From contig JBEVCG010000059.1 in assembly GCA_040514325.1 (NCBI GenBank), forward strand, positions 1,718-65,717: 64,000 nt of DNA, in the 5' to 3' direction. The DNA is from Thermoproteota archaeon. GTDB taxonomy: Archaea > Thermoproteota > Thermoprotei_A > Sulfolobales > Pyrodictiaceae. Position numbers and translations under genes: made by a program. Below the pieces are notes generated by a model that worked only from the letters and a program-made list of their open reading frames with translations, was not told the DNA's origin and did not search any database. Shown here one piece after another: positions 9,160 to 19,302 of this stretch (its first letter is position 1; each line of letters starts with the position of its first letter).

Positions 9160-10314
9160 GTGCAGCGCTCAGCTACGCCACGCATATGCCTTGTCGTTAA
9201 CCCACTTGCTGGTGTGGGAGGACAACTAGCCTTAAAGGGTAGCGATGGAGAAGCAGGCCTCAGAGCCCTCAAGCTGGGAGCAAGGCCAGTAGCTCCAGCA
9301 CGCACAGCACGTTTCCTAGCTGCAGCACGGAGGAATGGAGTGCTAAGCAATGTGCTCTTCTTGACAGCCGGAGGAGTTATGGGTGCTAGGGAGCTGGCCT
9401 CTGCGAGCGCCAGGTTCGACGTCGTCTATGATCCGCCAGCCTGGCCTACTACTAGGATAGACACCCTGGAGACCGTGCGCAGGTGTGTGGACAGGGAAGC
9501 CGAGCTTGTAGTGTTCGTCGGAGGAGACGGCACTGCGCGCGACGTGGCTGAAGCTCTTAGGGATGCAGGTGCGCCGGAGAAGCCTGTGCTGGGTGTCCCA
9601 AGCGGGGTCAAAGTATACAGCTCGGTTTTTGCTGAAAGCCCAGAAGCGGCTGCACACGCTCTTATGGAGTGGCTCGAGACAAGGAGCACGTGCAGCGCCG
9701 AGGTCGTCGATATAGACGAGGAACTCTTCAGAAGGGGTGTGCTTTCAATAAAACTGTACGCCGTGCTCAAGACCGTGTGCTCGAGCTACATGGTCGGATC
9801 CTCGAAACAGCCAACGCGGCTAGGCTCCGACGAGGCAGAGAACCTAAAGGCTATTGCTAGGCACTTCGTTGAGCGCTACTACCGCAACTGTACCCTCTAC
9901 GTAATGGGTCCAGGCCAAACCGTCAGAGCCATAGCTGAAGAGCTCGGTGTGGAGAAGACGCTGTTGGGCGTAGACGTGGTCCACTCAGGGAGGGTTCTGC
10001 TAAGGGATGCAAAGGAGAGCGAACTCTACAGGACGGTCCTAGAGCACATGAAGCGAGGCGGGAGCGTTTACGTGGTTGTCACCCCCATAGGCGGTCAGGG
10101 TTACATACTTGGGCGCGGAAACCAGCAGATCTCGCCAAGGATCCTGCGGCTTGTGGGCAGAAACAGAATATTGGTCGTCGCTACCAGATCTAAGCTTAAA
10201 AGGCTCAGAAAGCTCCGCATAGACACCGACGATCCTGAACTCAACGCCGAGCTGCGCGGCTATTTCCGTGTGATCGTTGACTATGGCGAAGAGGTGCTCG
10301 TCAAGGCCGAGTAA
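9160..10314 (+). CDS. ATP-NAD kinase-like protein (COG3199-type predicted NAD kinase)
   Basis: 384-aa ORF. N-terminal ICLVVNPLAG and a GGDGT motif (VVFVGGDGTARDV) characteristic of the NAD kinase / diacylglycerol kinase fold. GTG start 20 nt from the divergent nadM start. Confidence 0.7.
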   Translation: MQRSATPRICLVVNPLAGVGGQLALKGSDGEAGLRALKLGARPVAPARTARFLAAARRNGVLSNVLFLTAGGVMGARELASASARFDVVYDPPAWPTTRIDTLETVRRCVDREAELVVFVGGDGTARDVAEALRDAGAPEKPVLGVPSGVKVYSSVFAESPEAAAHALMEWLETRSTCSAEVVDIDEELFRRGVLSIKLYAVLKTVCSSYMVGSSKQPTRLGSDEAENLKAIARHFVERYYRNCTLYVMGPGQTVRAIAEELGVEKTLLGVDVVHSGRVLLRDAKESELYRTVLEHMKRGGSVYVVVTPIGGQGYILGRGNQQISPRILRLVGRNRILVVATRSKLKRLRKLRIDTDDPELNAELRGYFRVIVDYGEEVLVKAE

Positions 10315-10328
10315 GGGTGTGAGGGGCT

Positions 10329-10934
10329 TTGATGCGCTACCGCGACGAACCCTTGTACTTGCCCAGGACTTTGTCGTATCTCATAGCCGTGTTTGCGATA
10401 GCCTTTGGGTTCGGAGGCGTGCGCGTGTTCGCGCGGATCTGGGATACACCTTCGTGGTCCAGCGGCGTACTTGTCGGCGCGCTGGTGGGCTTCTTAACCC
10501 ATGAATATATACACGAGCTTGCTGCCAGGGCTTTGGGGTGCTACGCGAGGTTTACCCTTTCCAAGCTGGGGCTTGGGCTGACGTTGTTCTTCGGCGTACT
10601 CCGGTCGCTAGGCGTACCCTTCGTCGTGTTAGCGCCCGGCTACGTGTCCGTTAGGTGCCTTGCATGGGCTCCCACGATACGTGGCGAGTTCAAGATCTCG
10701 GCTGCGGGACCAGCCGCGAACATCGTGCTAGCTACGGCCGCTAAGCTAGCCAGCTGGTTGCTTGACGGCAGGTTTGCGCTCTTCGCCCATGCCTTTGCAG
10801 ATATAAACGCATGGCTTGCACTGTTCAACTTGCTTCCGTTTTACCCGCTTGACGGCTCAAAGGTATTCAGAGAGAACGTGGGTGTATGGGTACTAATGTT
10901 CGCGGCTGCCGTCATTCTGGCCTATATCTTGTAA
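10329..10934 (+). CDS. site-2 protease family (M50) membrane metalloprotease, small form
   Basis: 201-aa polytopic ORF with HEYIHE (HExxH) in a TM segment and NLLPFYPLDG (NxxPxxxLDG), the two S2P signature motifs. The ATG at 10332 is the likely start. Confidence 0.75.
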   Translation: MMRYRDEPLYLPRTLSYLIAVFAIAFGFGGVRVFARIWDTPSWSSGVLVGALVGFLTHEYIHELAARALGCYARFTLSKLGLGLTLFFGVLRSLGVPFVVLAPGYVSVRCLAWAPTIRGEFKISAAGPAANIVLATAAKLASWLLDGRFALFAHAFADINAWLALFNLLPFYPLDGSKVFRENVGVWVLMFAAAVILAYIL

Positions 10935-10991
10935 AGTCATAGTTAAGTATCCTAACACTTCAACACCCCACTGGACCGAGGCGTGTAGGGG

Positions 10992-11543
10992 GTGCAGGAC
11001 ATCTTGAGCGTGTTAATCGTAAGGGCCGAGGAGGGGAAGGTTGTCGAGAGCAGGGTAGAAGATACAAAGCTAGAGGATGCTGCGCGAGCCGCCCTGCTGA
11101 AGGCTGCCGAGACGTGGAACCCGCTTACAAGCGACTTGACAGCTGTCCGCGGGGAATTCGAGCTCCGCTACAAGCTTCCACTAGACCCCGACATCTACGA
11201 CAGAATAATGGAGCTGAACTTGAATGTTATGCGCGAAGGAAATGAGGTCATAGTCAAGCTCCCAGTCATAGTTATAAGCTTTGACAACGAGTGGCTCGGC
11301 GACAAGTACAGGGACAAGAAGATCTACGTCGTGTCGCACTTCCTTGACGAGGAGTCTAGAAGGCAGGTGGAAGAGTACGCATCCGAGACGACAAAGGAAC
11401 CAAAGAGCTTGGAGGGATCTGTGCCACCCCAAGAGCTCGAGATAGGCGAAGAGGAGATGAGAAGACTGGAGGAAGGGCTTAAGGAGGCCGAAGAGGAGAA
11501 GCCTAGGAGGAGGAAGAGGTCAACAAGGAAGAAGTCGAAATAA
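10992..11543 (+). CDS. hypothetical protein with acidic/basic C-terminal tail
   Basis: 183-aa ORF with a GTG start, ending in EEEKPRRRKRSTRKKSK. No family confidently recognised. Confidence 0.5.
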   Translation: MQDILSVLIVRAEEGKVVESRVEDTKLEDAARAALLKAAETWNPLTSDLTAVRGEFELRYKLPLDPDIYDRIMELNLNVMREGNEVIVKLPVIVISFDNEWLGDKYRDKKIYVVSHFLDEESRRQVEEYASETTKEPKSLEGSVPPQELEIGEEEMRRLEEGLKEAEEEKPRRRKRSTRKKSK

Positions 11544-11550
11544 TGGAATG

Positions 11551-14448
11551 TTACCTAGCCTTCATGAATGCTTCGAGCCTGGATCCACCTACCACTGAGT
11601 CCCATGCGAGGTTTATCGCCGATAGCAGCTGCTCTAAAGTTGTCCGGACGCTGTCAACGTACTTGTCCACGTCCACCTCCTTGAGCCTCGCTAGCTGAAT
11701 TGGCTTCACGCCCTCCTTGCTCTTGACCTTGACAAAGACGACGACGTCGCCTGGCAGCACCTGGACACCATGAGCCATCAGCTGCTTTGCTGCCTTGACG
11801 TGTTGGGGTGTGTTCTTTGTGTAGGCATCCACAGGCTTGTTCAGCGCAACCTTAATTGCCAGCTCGTCAAGCGTATATTCAAGGTCCTTGAGCTTTCTGT
11901 AGATCTCACGCACCCTCGCCTTAATACTCTCACGTGCCTCTATGAAGTCTTCGGGGTTCGAGACCTTGCTAAGCGTCTCGAGTATTCCCATGAACTCCTT
12001 CTTGAGGAACTCTGGGGCATTACGTTTCTTTGCGACGAGACCCTTAACGTCCACCTTACCGTCTTCGTACACACCCACATAGTTCTTCTTAAGGCCGCTA
12101 AACGTGACGAACCTGTAGGACTTGTCCACTTCGAGCTCCAGACCGAAGCTCTCCCTAACGTACTCCTGGAGTTTCTTAAGCTTCTCTGGATCGGGATTCC
12201 ATATGAAGAGGGAGTCTGTATCACCATAGAGGATCCTCAGCCCAAGCTCGCTCGCTTTGCGCAGGGTTTGGCGTATCGTATACCTGCCTATCGCCGTCAC
12301 GCTCTCGGCGACAGGAGGCGCGTAGAACGGGAACGTCTCAGCCCCGAACACACCGTAGCTAGCATTAATGAAAACCTTCATCGCTGCTTGAACAGTATCG
12401 TACCACGCGCGGGCATCCTCTGAGACGGAACCGCTCTTGGCCTTTTTCTTGTAGATTCTGACACGGTAATCGCGCAGGAGACCCACGATCTGAGCTGTGA
12501 GCCCGGGGACGTTCTTGCAGACTGTGTGCCCCACGTCAGGAACCTTCACCGTCTCGCCGCCGGGACAGTGCTCGGGATTAACGGTCTCGTAGCTAAGGTT
12601 CCACTCTTTTATTATGCTGGGATACAGGCTCGCGAAGTCTAGAACCACCACGTTGAAGTAGACGCCGCTGGGAGGGTCTAGGACTATTGCTCCCTGGTAC
12701 TTCTTACCCTTTATTACCGCTGATGACCTCGTTCTGCCCTTTAGGCTGGCTATCTCCTCCTTGTTCGGGATGAGATAGCCCCTCCTTCTGTGCTCCCAGT
12801 ACAGCAGGCTCTTTACCCACGAGGATATCTGGCTCCTAGTGAGGTCCTCCATGGGTAGCTTGGATATCCGCATCAGAAGCACCATCAGCTTCCATACGAG
12901 GTCTCCGCCGAACTTCGTCAACTTGAGCGTTAGCTCAGCGTCGCGAAAGTTGTAGTTGACAAGCTCCGCTAGCGGTAGGTCGCCTATGTTACCTTCGACT
13001 TCTACCTTGCTCTCACCGAGCAGAGCAGAGGCTATGGCGTCAAGCGTGAACTCCTTGTAGGCGTTTCCGAAGGCGTAGCTCTGCACGGCCTTTATGCTGA
13101 AGAACTTATACAGATCTATGTGGACCCCATATTCTAGTGTGATCCTATCGCGCGCCACGCGCAGCGGTATTTGGTCGCGGGGTATTCCCAGCTTTAGGGC
13201 CCTATTGAGCAGGTAGGTTAGGTCGAAGTTGTCGCCGTTGAATGTAAGGACGACAGGGTAGCTCGATATCAGCTTGAACGCCTCGAGCAACATCGCCCGC
13301 TCCTCGTCGAAGATTTCCACGGCAACGTCACTCGCTAGCTTCGCCCGACCAGTTGCGCCTACCCTCGTAAAGTGCTCGCCAAGGACAAATACCAGCCTCA
13401 GTCCGTCGTCTGCAGCAAACGCTATGCTTATCACGGGGTAGCTCGCCGCGGATGCGTCGGGCACTCTACCCTTGAAGGGTGTGTAGACCTCTATGTCGAC
13501 GGCGAGGCGCAGCGGCTTCGGGGGAGGCTGCTCGAAGTAGGGTGCCCACTCCAGGGCAACTTTTATGGTCTCCTCACGCTCGCCCTGGAAAGCCGCTCTG
13601 ATCTCCTCAACCATCTTGTCGTCTAGGCTAACCTCAGCACGCCTCAGACTCCCGTTAGCAATTACGTAAAGAAGGCCAGGTACGAGCTGGTGGTCGTAGA
13701 TGTAGTTGTGGTGAAACTTTATGTTGGCTTCCCAGGCCGCCGGCACTTTGCTACGCAGCTGAGGGACGACATCTGGAGTCTTCACAACTATCTTGGTCAG
13801 CCTCCGCTTCCTCCACCGGAGGAGGTCGAGCTTCTCTACAACCTCCACATGGTCAAACCCGCTGTGCCTTACGATCTGAGCGTTCTCCTGCACCTTGTCA
13901 GGCTCCAAATCCACGAGGAAGTAGGGCTTGTAACCCGTCTTGTCCGCGAAGAGGAGGATCTCGCCGCGTCCATCGTCATACAGCTTAGCCACGATTACGC
14001 CACGCTCACCGTCATAGTACGTCTGAACAAGGTAGCCTCGCTCTCCCGGCCTAGCTTCACGCGGCTTTCTAGCAGGTTGAAGCGATGACAGCATGGGCAC
14101 CCTAAGCTTGCTACTAGCGTCGCCAGCCCGCGGCCAGCTGCCCGCCCTCTGTCGCTCTGAAGGCTTCTGCTGCTCCCTCGGTTGAGCTTCTGCAGCTCCC
14201 GCGCTAGCGCCGCTCCCTTCATCCTCTCGGGAAGCTCTGCGAGCACCTCCTAGAAGCTCCGTCAACAGCTTCTCCATAGCCTCCTCTGGCCGGTGCGCTG
14301 TCTCCTGCAGGTCCTGGCTACCCTTGCCAGCCTGGCTCTGCCTGCCACCTGCGGCCAGCTGCCCTTTACTCCGGCCGCCTACTGCTAGGAACTCCGTGAG
14401 ATCCTTTACCTTGTGCCGCCTAGCGCCACTCCTGCCACGTTTCAACAA
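11551..14448 (-). CDS. polB: family-B DNA polymerase (crenarchaeal PolB1-like) with about 130-aa low-complexity N-terminal extension
   Basis: 965-aa ORF. Exo I DIEV, motif A LDFASLYPSII (DxxSLYPS), motif B KVFINASYGVFG (KxxxNSxYG), motif C YGDTDS. Alternative in-frame ATGs at 14277 and 14094. Confidence 0.9.
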   Translation of the reverse strand: MLKRGRSGARRHKVKDLTEFLAVGGRSKGQLAAGGRQSQAGKGSQDLQETAHRPEEAMEKLLTELLGGARRASREDEGSGASAGAAEAQPREQQKPSERQRAGSWPRAGDASSKLRVPMLSSLQPARKPREARPGERGYLVQTYYDGERGVIVAKLYDDGRGEILLFADKTGYKPYFLVDLEPDKVQENAQIVRHSGFDHVEVVEKLDLLRWRKRRLTKIVVKTPDVVPQLRSKVPAAWEANIKFHHNYIYDHQLVPGLLYVIANGSLRRAEVSLDDKMVEEIRAAFQGEREETIKVALEWAPYFEQPPPKPLRLAVDIEVYTPFKGRVPDASAASYPVISIAFAADDGLRLVFVLGEHFTRVGATGRAKLASDVAVEIFDEERAMLLEAFKLISSYPVVLTFNGDNFDLTYLLNRALKLGIPRDQIPLRVARDRITLEYGVHIDLYKFFSIKAVQSYAFGNAYKEFTLDAIASALLGESKVEVEGNIGDLPLAELVNYNFRDAELTLKLTKFGGDLVWKLMVLLMRISKLPMEDLTRSQISSWVKSLLYWEHRRRGYLIPNKEEIASLKGRTRSSAVIKGKKYQGAIVLDPPSGVYFNVVVLDFASLYPSIIKEWNLSYETVNPEHCPGGETVKVPDVGHTVCKNVPGLTAQIVGLLRDYRVRIYKKKAKSGSVSEDARAWYDTVQAAMKVFINASYGVFGAETFPFYAPPVAESVTAIGRYTIRQTLRKASELGLRILYGDTDSLFIWNPDPEKLKKLQEYVRESFGLELEVDKSYRFVTFSGLKKNYVGVYEDGKVDVKGLVAKKRNAPEFLKKEFMGILETLSKVSNPEDFIEARESIKARVREIYRKLKDLEYTLDELAIKVALNKPVDAYTKNTPQHVKAAKQLMAHGVQVLPGDVVVFVKVKSKEGVKPIQLARLKEVDVDKYVDSVRTTLEQLLSAINLAWDSVVGGSRLEAFMKAR

Positions 14449-14482
14449 ACGCGCCCAAGCAGTGGAATACTAACGGTAGCAC

Positions 14483-14491
14483 CCTATAAGG
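14483..14491 (-). promoter_or_regulatory. TATA-like box upstream of polB
   Basis: CTTATAGGG on the minus strand, centred about 39 nt upstream of the ATG at 14448. This is compatible with a short-leader transcript that includes the long N-terminal extension. Confidence 0.3.
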
Positions 14492-14523
14492 CCCATAGGG
14501 CTGGGCAGAGGTGGGGAGAAGAG

Positions 14524-14531
14524 TTATAGAA
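14524..14531 (+). promoter_or_regulatory. TATA box of the tRNA-Arg gene
   Basis: TTATAGAA centred about 33 nt upstream of tRNA position 1, the expected archaeal promoter geometry. Confidence 0.4.
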
Positions 14532-14559
14532 TCTCGCGCGTGGGGTGTTACTAGTGGCT

Positions 14560-14637
<78 letters not shown>

Positions 14638-14755
14638 CCAAAAGCGTTCTAATATCACCATACCATAATCGTATCAATCGAAAACATTTGCCGCTGCTTC
14701 TTCACTTCACGGCTAACCACAGCTAACAGCATCTTTCGTGGAACCAAGCAGAACC

Positions 14756-15379
14756 TCACATTACTATCCCGAGGTTCTGCATACCCTCCCTAATAACGGA
14801 TATAGCAAAGGCAACCATTATGAGGCCCATAAACTTGTTTATAAGGAGGGCCCCGTGGCGTCCCAGTTTTGCCACAATCGCTGTGCTTGAAAGCAGTATC
14901 GGGTACGCGACGACAAGGTTGGCTACTGTGCTTGCAACAGCCATGCCTGTGCCATATACCTCTCTGATGTAAAGCACCATAGCCACGCTGCCAGGTCCTG
15001 CAAGCAGTGGTGTAGCTAGCGGGAAAACGGCTATAGATTCGCTCCTTTCCTCCGACTTAAACCCTATCGGTGCCTCGAAGAGGTCGGCCATAGCGTATAC
15101 CAGCAGCATAAGGCCAGCAGCTATTTTGAACTCCCCGGTTTCGATTCCAAGAATCTCGAAAATAATGACGCCCACAAGCACGAAGCCTAGCAGGAGGACG
15201 CCAGCACTTATGACCGCTAGTCTGATAACACTCATTCTAGCCTGTTTGTCAAGTTTTACTGTGAGAGCAGCCACGTAGGGCGATATCCCAATGGGGTCTA
15301 AGACAATAAATAGCGTCATAAAGCTGGTCACGAAGTCCCCGAGCAACCCCATTCCACTCACCCCACGCCAGTGGAACAA
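14756..15379 (-). CDS. MarC family (UPF0056) integral membrane protein
   Basis: 207-aa polytopic ORF with N-terminal FMTLFIVLDPIGISPYV, typical of the MarC family. The start is probably the internal MGLLGDF. Confidence 0.7.
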   Translation of the reverse strand: MFHWRGVSGMGLLGDFVTSFMTLFIVLDPIGISPYVAALTVKLDKQARMSVIRLAVISAGVLLLGFVLVGVIIFEILGIETGEFKIAAGLMLLVYAMADLFEAPIGFKSEERSESIAVFPLATPLLAGPGSVAMVLYIREVYGTGMAVASTVANLVVAYPILLSSTAIVAKLGRHGALLINKFMGLIMVAFAISVIREGMQNLGIVM

Positions 15380-15477
15380 AAATGCAAATCAGACCCATAA
15401 AGGGTAGTATGGCTGCCTTAGGGAAAGGCAAGGAAAGGCCAGCAACGGTGTACCTAGAAGGGCAACGGCTAAGAGCC

Positions 15478-16083
15478 TTAGAGCTCTATATTTGCATGCC
15501 TTAGCTTCAGATCTTTCTCGGATTTGCCCAGTCGATGCATAAGCTCAACTGTCACACCATCGAGGAAAGCCATCGCAGTGTCCTCGAAGAGAGTGCCGAG
15601 TGGGGCTAAGGGTTCATGTATCCCTAGTATCTGCCTGGCAAAGTAGTCTATGTCTGGGGCAAGCTTAGTCCTGCCCGGTATCTCTACCACTATGTCAGCG
15701 AGCCTGCCAAGCGGGCTGTCAGGGTAGCTGGTAATCGCGATCACCTTGGCGCCGACCTTCTTGGCAGCCTCAGCGGCCGTAACTATCAGCTGGGTGCGGC
15801 CCGAGCCCGATATGGCCATGACGACGTCGTCTCTCCCTATGCTGGGAGTTATTGTCTCGCCGAGAACGTAGACATTGAAGCCGAGGTGCATGAGCCTCAT
15901 TGCGAACGCCCTACCAACTAGGCCGCTTCTGCCAGCACCCATAACCAGCACCTTTGCACCCCTCCTGTATGCATCCTCGAGGGCCGACACCAACGCCCCG
16001 ACCTGCTCGTCGCTCAGCCTATCGGCGACGCGGTCTATGAAGGCCGCTATCTCCTTCATGGTCACCTTGACGTAGTCCAACAC
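15478..16083 (-). CDS. SIS-domain sugar-phosphate isomerase, 6-phospho-3-hexuloisomerase-like
   Basis: 201-aa ORF with [21 protein letters not shown] and [11 protein letters not shown] motifs. Length and layout fit PHI. Confidence 0.7.
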   Translation of the reverse strand: MLDYVKVTMKEIAAFIDRVADRLSDEQVGALVSALEDAYRRGAKVLVMGAGRSGLVGRAFAMRLMHLGFNVYVLGETITPSIGRDDVVMAISGSGRTQLIVTAAEAAKKVGAKVIAITSYPDSPLGRLADIVVEIPGRTKLAPDIDYFARQILGIHEPLAPLGTLFEDTAMAFLDGVTVELMHRLGKSEKDLKLRHANIEL

Positions 16084-16228
16084 GCACCGCCTTCCGAGGC
16101 CACCGGTCCGTAACGGTGTTTCGTGGCATGGACAAGTTATAAAGGTTAGCAGCTGTTAGCAGTGCCTTACACCAGCTCGCCGGATTACCTTTAAATATCG
16201 CTGAGGAGAAAACCACGAGCACGAACCG

Positions 16229-19200
16229 TTGAACTTAAGCGGGGGACCCACTATTGCTCGCAGCGGTGAAGTAGCCGGTATGAGCACAGTACTAAGCCTC
16301 CGTGGCCCTGTTAGCGAGTTCGCTAAGTTCCTCCTTGACGTGGCAGAAAAGTGGCAGCGTGAGTGGCAGCGCAGAAGGGCGTTCGAAGCTGACCCAGACC
16401 CCTCGAGGCCAAAGTTCTTCATAACAGCGGCCTTCCCGTACCCGAACAGCCCACTTCACCTTGGCCACAGCAGGACTTATACCATAACCGACGTGTACGC
16501 GCGTTTCAAGAGGATGCAAGGCTACAACGTGCTGTTCCCGATGGGGTTCCACTTCACTGGCACACCCATACTCGCCATGGCTGAAGCCATAGCCTCCGGG
16601 GACCGGGAGCTCATAGATCTCATGGTCAGCCTCTACGATGTACCAGAGCACGATCTCGACAAACTGAAGGATCCGCTCTCGATGGCTAAGTACTTCTCTG
16701 AGGAAGCCAAGAAGGCCATGATAGAAGCTGGCTACAGCATAGACTGGAGAAGGGAGTTTACAACCGTCGACGAGGAGTTCAAGCAGTTCATAACCTGGCA
16801 GTTTCTGAGGCTCAGAGAGAAGGGCTACATCAAGCAGGGCACACACCCCGTAGGTTGGTGCCCCGTACACAGCATGCCAGTAGGTATGCACGATACCAAG
16901 GGGGATACTGAGCCAGAGATAGGCGAATACACACTGATACTCTTCAGGATCGAGGACGAGGACGCGTACCTTGCTGCTGCAACTCTTAGACCCGAAACCG
17001 TGTTCGGCGTCACGAATGTGTGGGTTAACCCGGGCGCACTCTACGTCAAAGTGAGGCTGGGCAACAAGGTCGTCATTGTCAGCGAGAGGGCTGCCTTCAA
17101 GCTACGCTTCCAGAAGGACGAAGTAGAAGCTGTAGAGAGGCTGAAGGGCTCCGAGCTGGTTGCCAAGGTCGTTGTCAACCCTGCAACGGGAAGAAGGGTC
17201 CCAGTGCTTCCCGCAGAATTTGTTGACCCGAACACGGCAACCGGCGTTGTCATGAGTGTGCCGGCACATGCGCCGTACGACTATGTGGCCCTGCGTGAGC
17301 TGCTGGAGTCCGGCAAGCTTTCACAAATTGCCCCTAACGTGGACGCCTCCATGCTCGAGCCCATACCGCTGATAGAGGTCGAGGGCTACAGCGAGGTGCC
17401 AGCCCGAGACGTCGTCGAGAAGCACGGTATTAGAAGCCAGCGTGAGAGAAACAAGCTGGATGAGGCAACTAAGGAGGTCTACTCGGCAGAGTTCAGACGA
17501 GGCAGGATGAGAAGGGATCTCGCCAAGCTCCTAGAGTTCAACGTTCCTGCTGACCTAAAACCCTACGTGGAAGCCCCTGTGGTCATGGATATTGCAGGAA
17601 AGCCCGTGCCTGAGGCACGTGAGAGAACCAAGCTCTGGCTGGAGGCCCTCGGGTACGCCGACAAAATGTACGAGATCATGAATAGGCCTGTGTACTGCAG
17701 GTGCGGCACCGAGATCGTCGTGAAGGTTCTCAAGGACCAGTGGTTCATAGACTACGGTAACCCGGAGTGGAAGGAAAGCGTGTTAAAGGCTTTTGAGAGC
17801 ATACGTGTAGTGCCACCGGAGATCAGGCAGGAGTTCTTGAAAACCGTTGACTGGCTCCATGAGCGCGCCGTTGCCAGAACGAGAGGTCTCGGAACCCCCC
17901 TACCCTGGGACAAGAACTGGATAATTGAAAGTCTCAGCGACTCTACAATATACATGGCGTTCTACACCGTAATCCACAAGATTCGCAAGTACGAGATCCA
18001 TCCAAGTAAACTCGTACCCGAGTTCTGGGACTACGTTATGCTTGGCAAGGGCGACCCTGAGAAGCTCGCCAGCAGGCTAGGCGTACCGAGAGAAGTGCTG
18101 GAGGATCTCCGCTCCGAGTTCGACTACTGGTATCCACTAGACTCTAGACACAGCGGAAGGGACCTTGTACCGAACCACCTGACGTTCTTCGTGTACAACC
18201 ACGTGGCATTGTTCCCTCCAGATAAGTGGCCTAAACAGATCGTGGTAAACGGCTTCGTTATGCTTGAAGGCAAGAAGATGAGCAAGAGCCTCAGGAATAT
18301 CCTGCCGTTGCGGAGGGCACTTCGAATCTACGGCCCCGACACCGTGAGGGCTGCCGTGCTGGTGTCGGCCGAGCTTCTCCAGGACGCCGACTTTTCAGAC
18401 GCTGTGGCGAGAAGCGTGATGGCGCAGCTAAGCAAGGTTGTCAAGCACGTCGAAAACGCTGTAGAGAGAGCGGGAGATGGGGAAGGGCGGGAAACACTGG
18501 CCGACAGATGGCTCGATTCCAGGCTTGCTATCCATGTGAAGAGCGTGGCACAGAAGCTCGAAGAGCTCCGCATCCGCGCAGCCGCGATAGAACTCCTCTA
18601 CGAGATGGAGCACGACCTAGAAGCGTACCTGGATCTGAGAGGGGGGAGCATAGGGCCAGCATACAGGAGGTTCGTGGAGTCATGGGTCAAGATGCTAGCA
18701 CCCATAACACCCCACATAGCCGAGGAGATGTGGCAGAGGCTGGGCCACAAGACGCTTGTATCACTTGAAACGTGGCCTGAACCCCCAGCTTACCACCCGG
18801 AGGCCATTGTAGCTGTGCACTATCTGAGGCTGCTTATTGACGATATAAAGTCGATAGCCAGGGTGATAAAGACGAAGCCGAAGAGGGCCATTGTGGTGAC
18901 AGCGCCAAGGAGCTGGTGGAGGGTCTTCAGAGCTGCAGCCGAGCTTGCTGGGTCTAGGGAGGCGCTTAGGGAGACAATCAAGGCTGCACGAGAACTGGGT
19001 CTGGACGCAAAAAGGGCTCAGCGCGTAGCCAAACGGATTGTGGAGCTCGTCCAGAGACTGGATCCGGAGATCGTGAAGGATCTGCTGAAGCTTGGTGAAC
19101 TCGACGAGCAGCGCGTGCTTTCTCAGAATGCTGGCTACATTGCAGCCAAGACAGGGCTGGAAGAAGTCGTAGTGCTAAACATGGAGGGGGACGCTAGGCT

Positions 19201-19279
19201 CCACGAGAGCTTGCCGGACGAGGCCAGAAGGAAGCTCGAAGACGTTGCCCCATTAAGGCCAGCGGTAATCCTCAAGTAG
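16229..19279 (+). CDS. leuS: leucyl-tRNA synthetase (archaeal type)
   Basis: 1016-aa ORF with HLGH (PNSPLHLGHSRTY) and KMSKS class-I motifs and an archaeal LeuRS editing-domain layout. The start is TTG 16229 or ATG 16280. A TTTAAATA box lies at 16190-16198. Confidence 0.92.
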   Translation: MNLSGGPTIARSGEVAGMSTVLSLRGPVSEFAKFLLDVAEKWQREWQRRRAFEADPDPSRPKFFITAAFPYPNSPLHLGHSRTYTITDVYARFKRMQGYNVLFPMGFHFTGTPILAMAEAIASGDRELIDLMVSLYDVPEHDLDKLKDPLSMAKYFSEEAKKAMIEAGYSIDWRREFTTVDEEFKQFITWQFLRLREKGYIKQGTHPVGWCPVHSMPVGMHDTKGDTEPEIGEYTLILFRIEDEDAYLAAATLRPETVFGVTNVWVNPGALYVKVRLGNKVVIVSERAAFKLRFQKDEVEAVERLKGSELVAKVVVNPATGRRVPVLPAEFVDPNTATGVVMSVPAHAPYDYVALRELLESGKLSQIAPNVDASMLEPIPLIEVEGYSEVPARDVVEKHGIRSQRERNKLDEATKEVYSAEFRRGRMRRDLAKLLEFNVPADLKPYVEAPVVMDIAGKPVPEARERTKLWLEALGYADKMYEIMNRPVYCRCGTEIVVKVLKDQWFIDYGNPEWKESVLKAFESIRVVPPEIRQEFLKTVDWLHERAVARTRGLGTPLPWDKNWIIESLSDSTIYMAFYTVIHKIRKYEIHPSKLVPEFWDYVMLGKGDPEKLASRLGVPREVLEDLRSEFDYWYPLDSRHSGRDLVPNHLTFFVYNHVALFPPDKWPKQIVVNGFVMLEGKKMSKSLRNILPLRRALRIYGPDTVRAAVLVSAELLQDADFSDAVARSVMAQLSKVVKHVENAVERAGDGEGRETLADRWLDSRLAIHVKSVAQKLEELRIRAAAIELLYEMEHDLEAYLDLRGGSIGPAYRRFVESWVKMLAPITPHIAEEMWQRLGHKTLVSLETWPEPPAYHPEAIVAVHYLRLLIDDIKSIARVIKTKPKRAIVVTAPRSWWRVFRAAAELAGSREALRETIKAARELGLDAKRAQRVAKRIVELVQRLDPEIVKDLLKLGELDEQRVLSQNAGYIAAKTGLEEVVVLNMEGDARLHESLPDEARRKLEDVAPLRPAVILK

Positions 19280-19302
19280 CAGCTAGATCCAAGCCTCCAC
19301 AT

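Noticed and set aside
11770-12423. 217-aa plus-strand ORF (and other plus-strand ORFs at 13372-14088) inside polB
   Set aside because: They are antisense to a polymerase gene with all conserved motifs, and have no motifs of their own.
11551-14448. Intein or split in the family-B polymerase
   Set aside because: Motifs Exo I, A, B and C occur in normal order and spacing, with no insertion carrying intein block residues.
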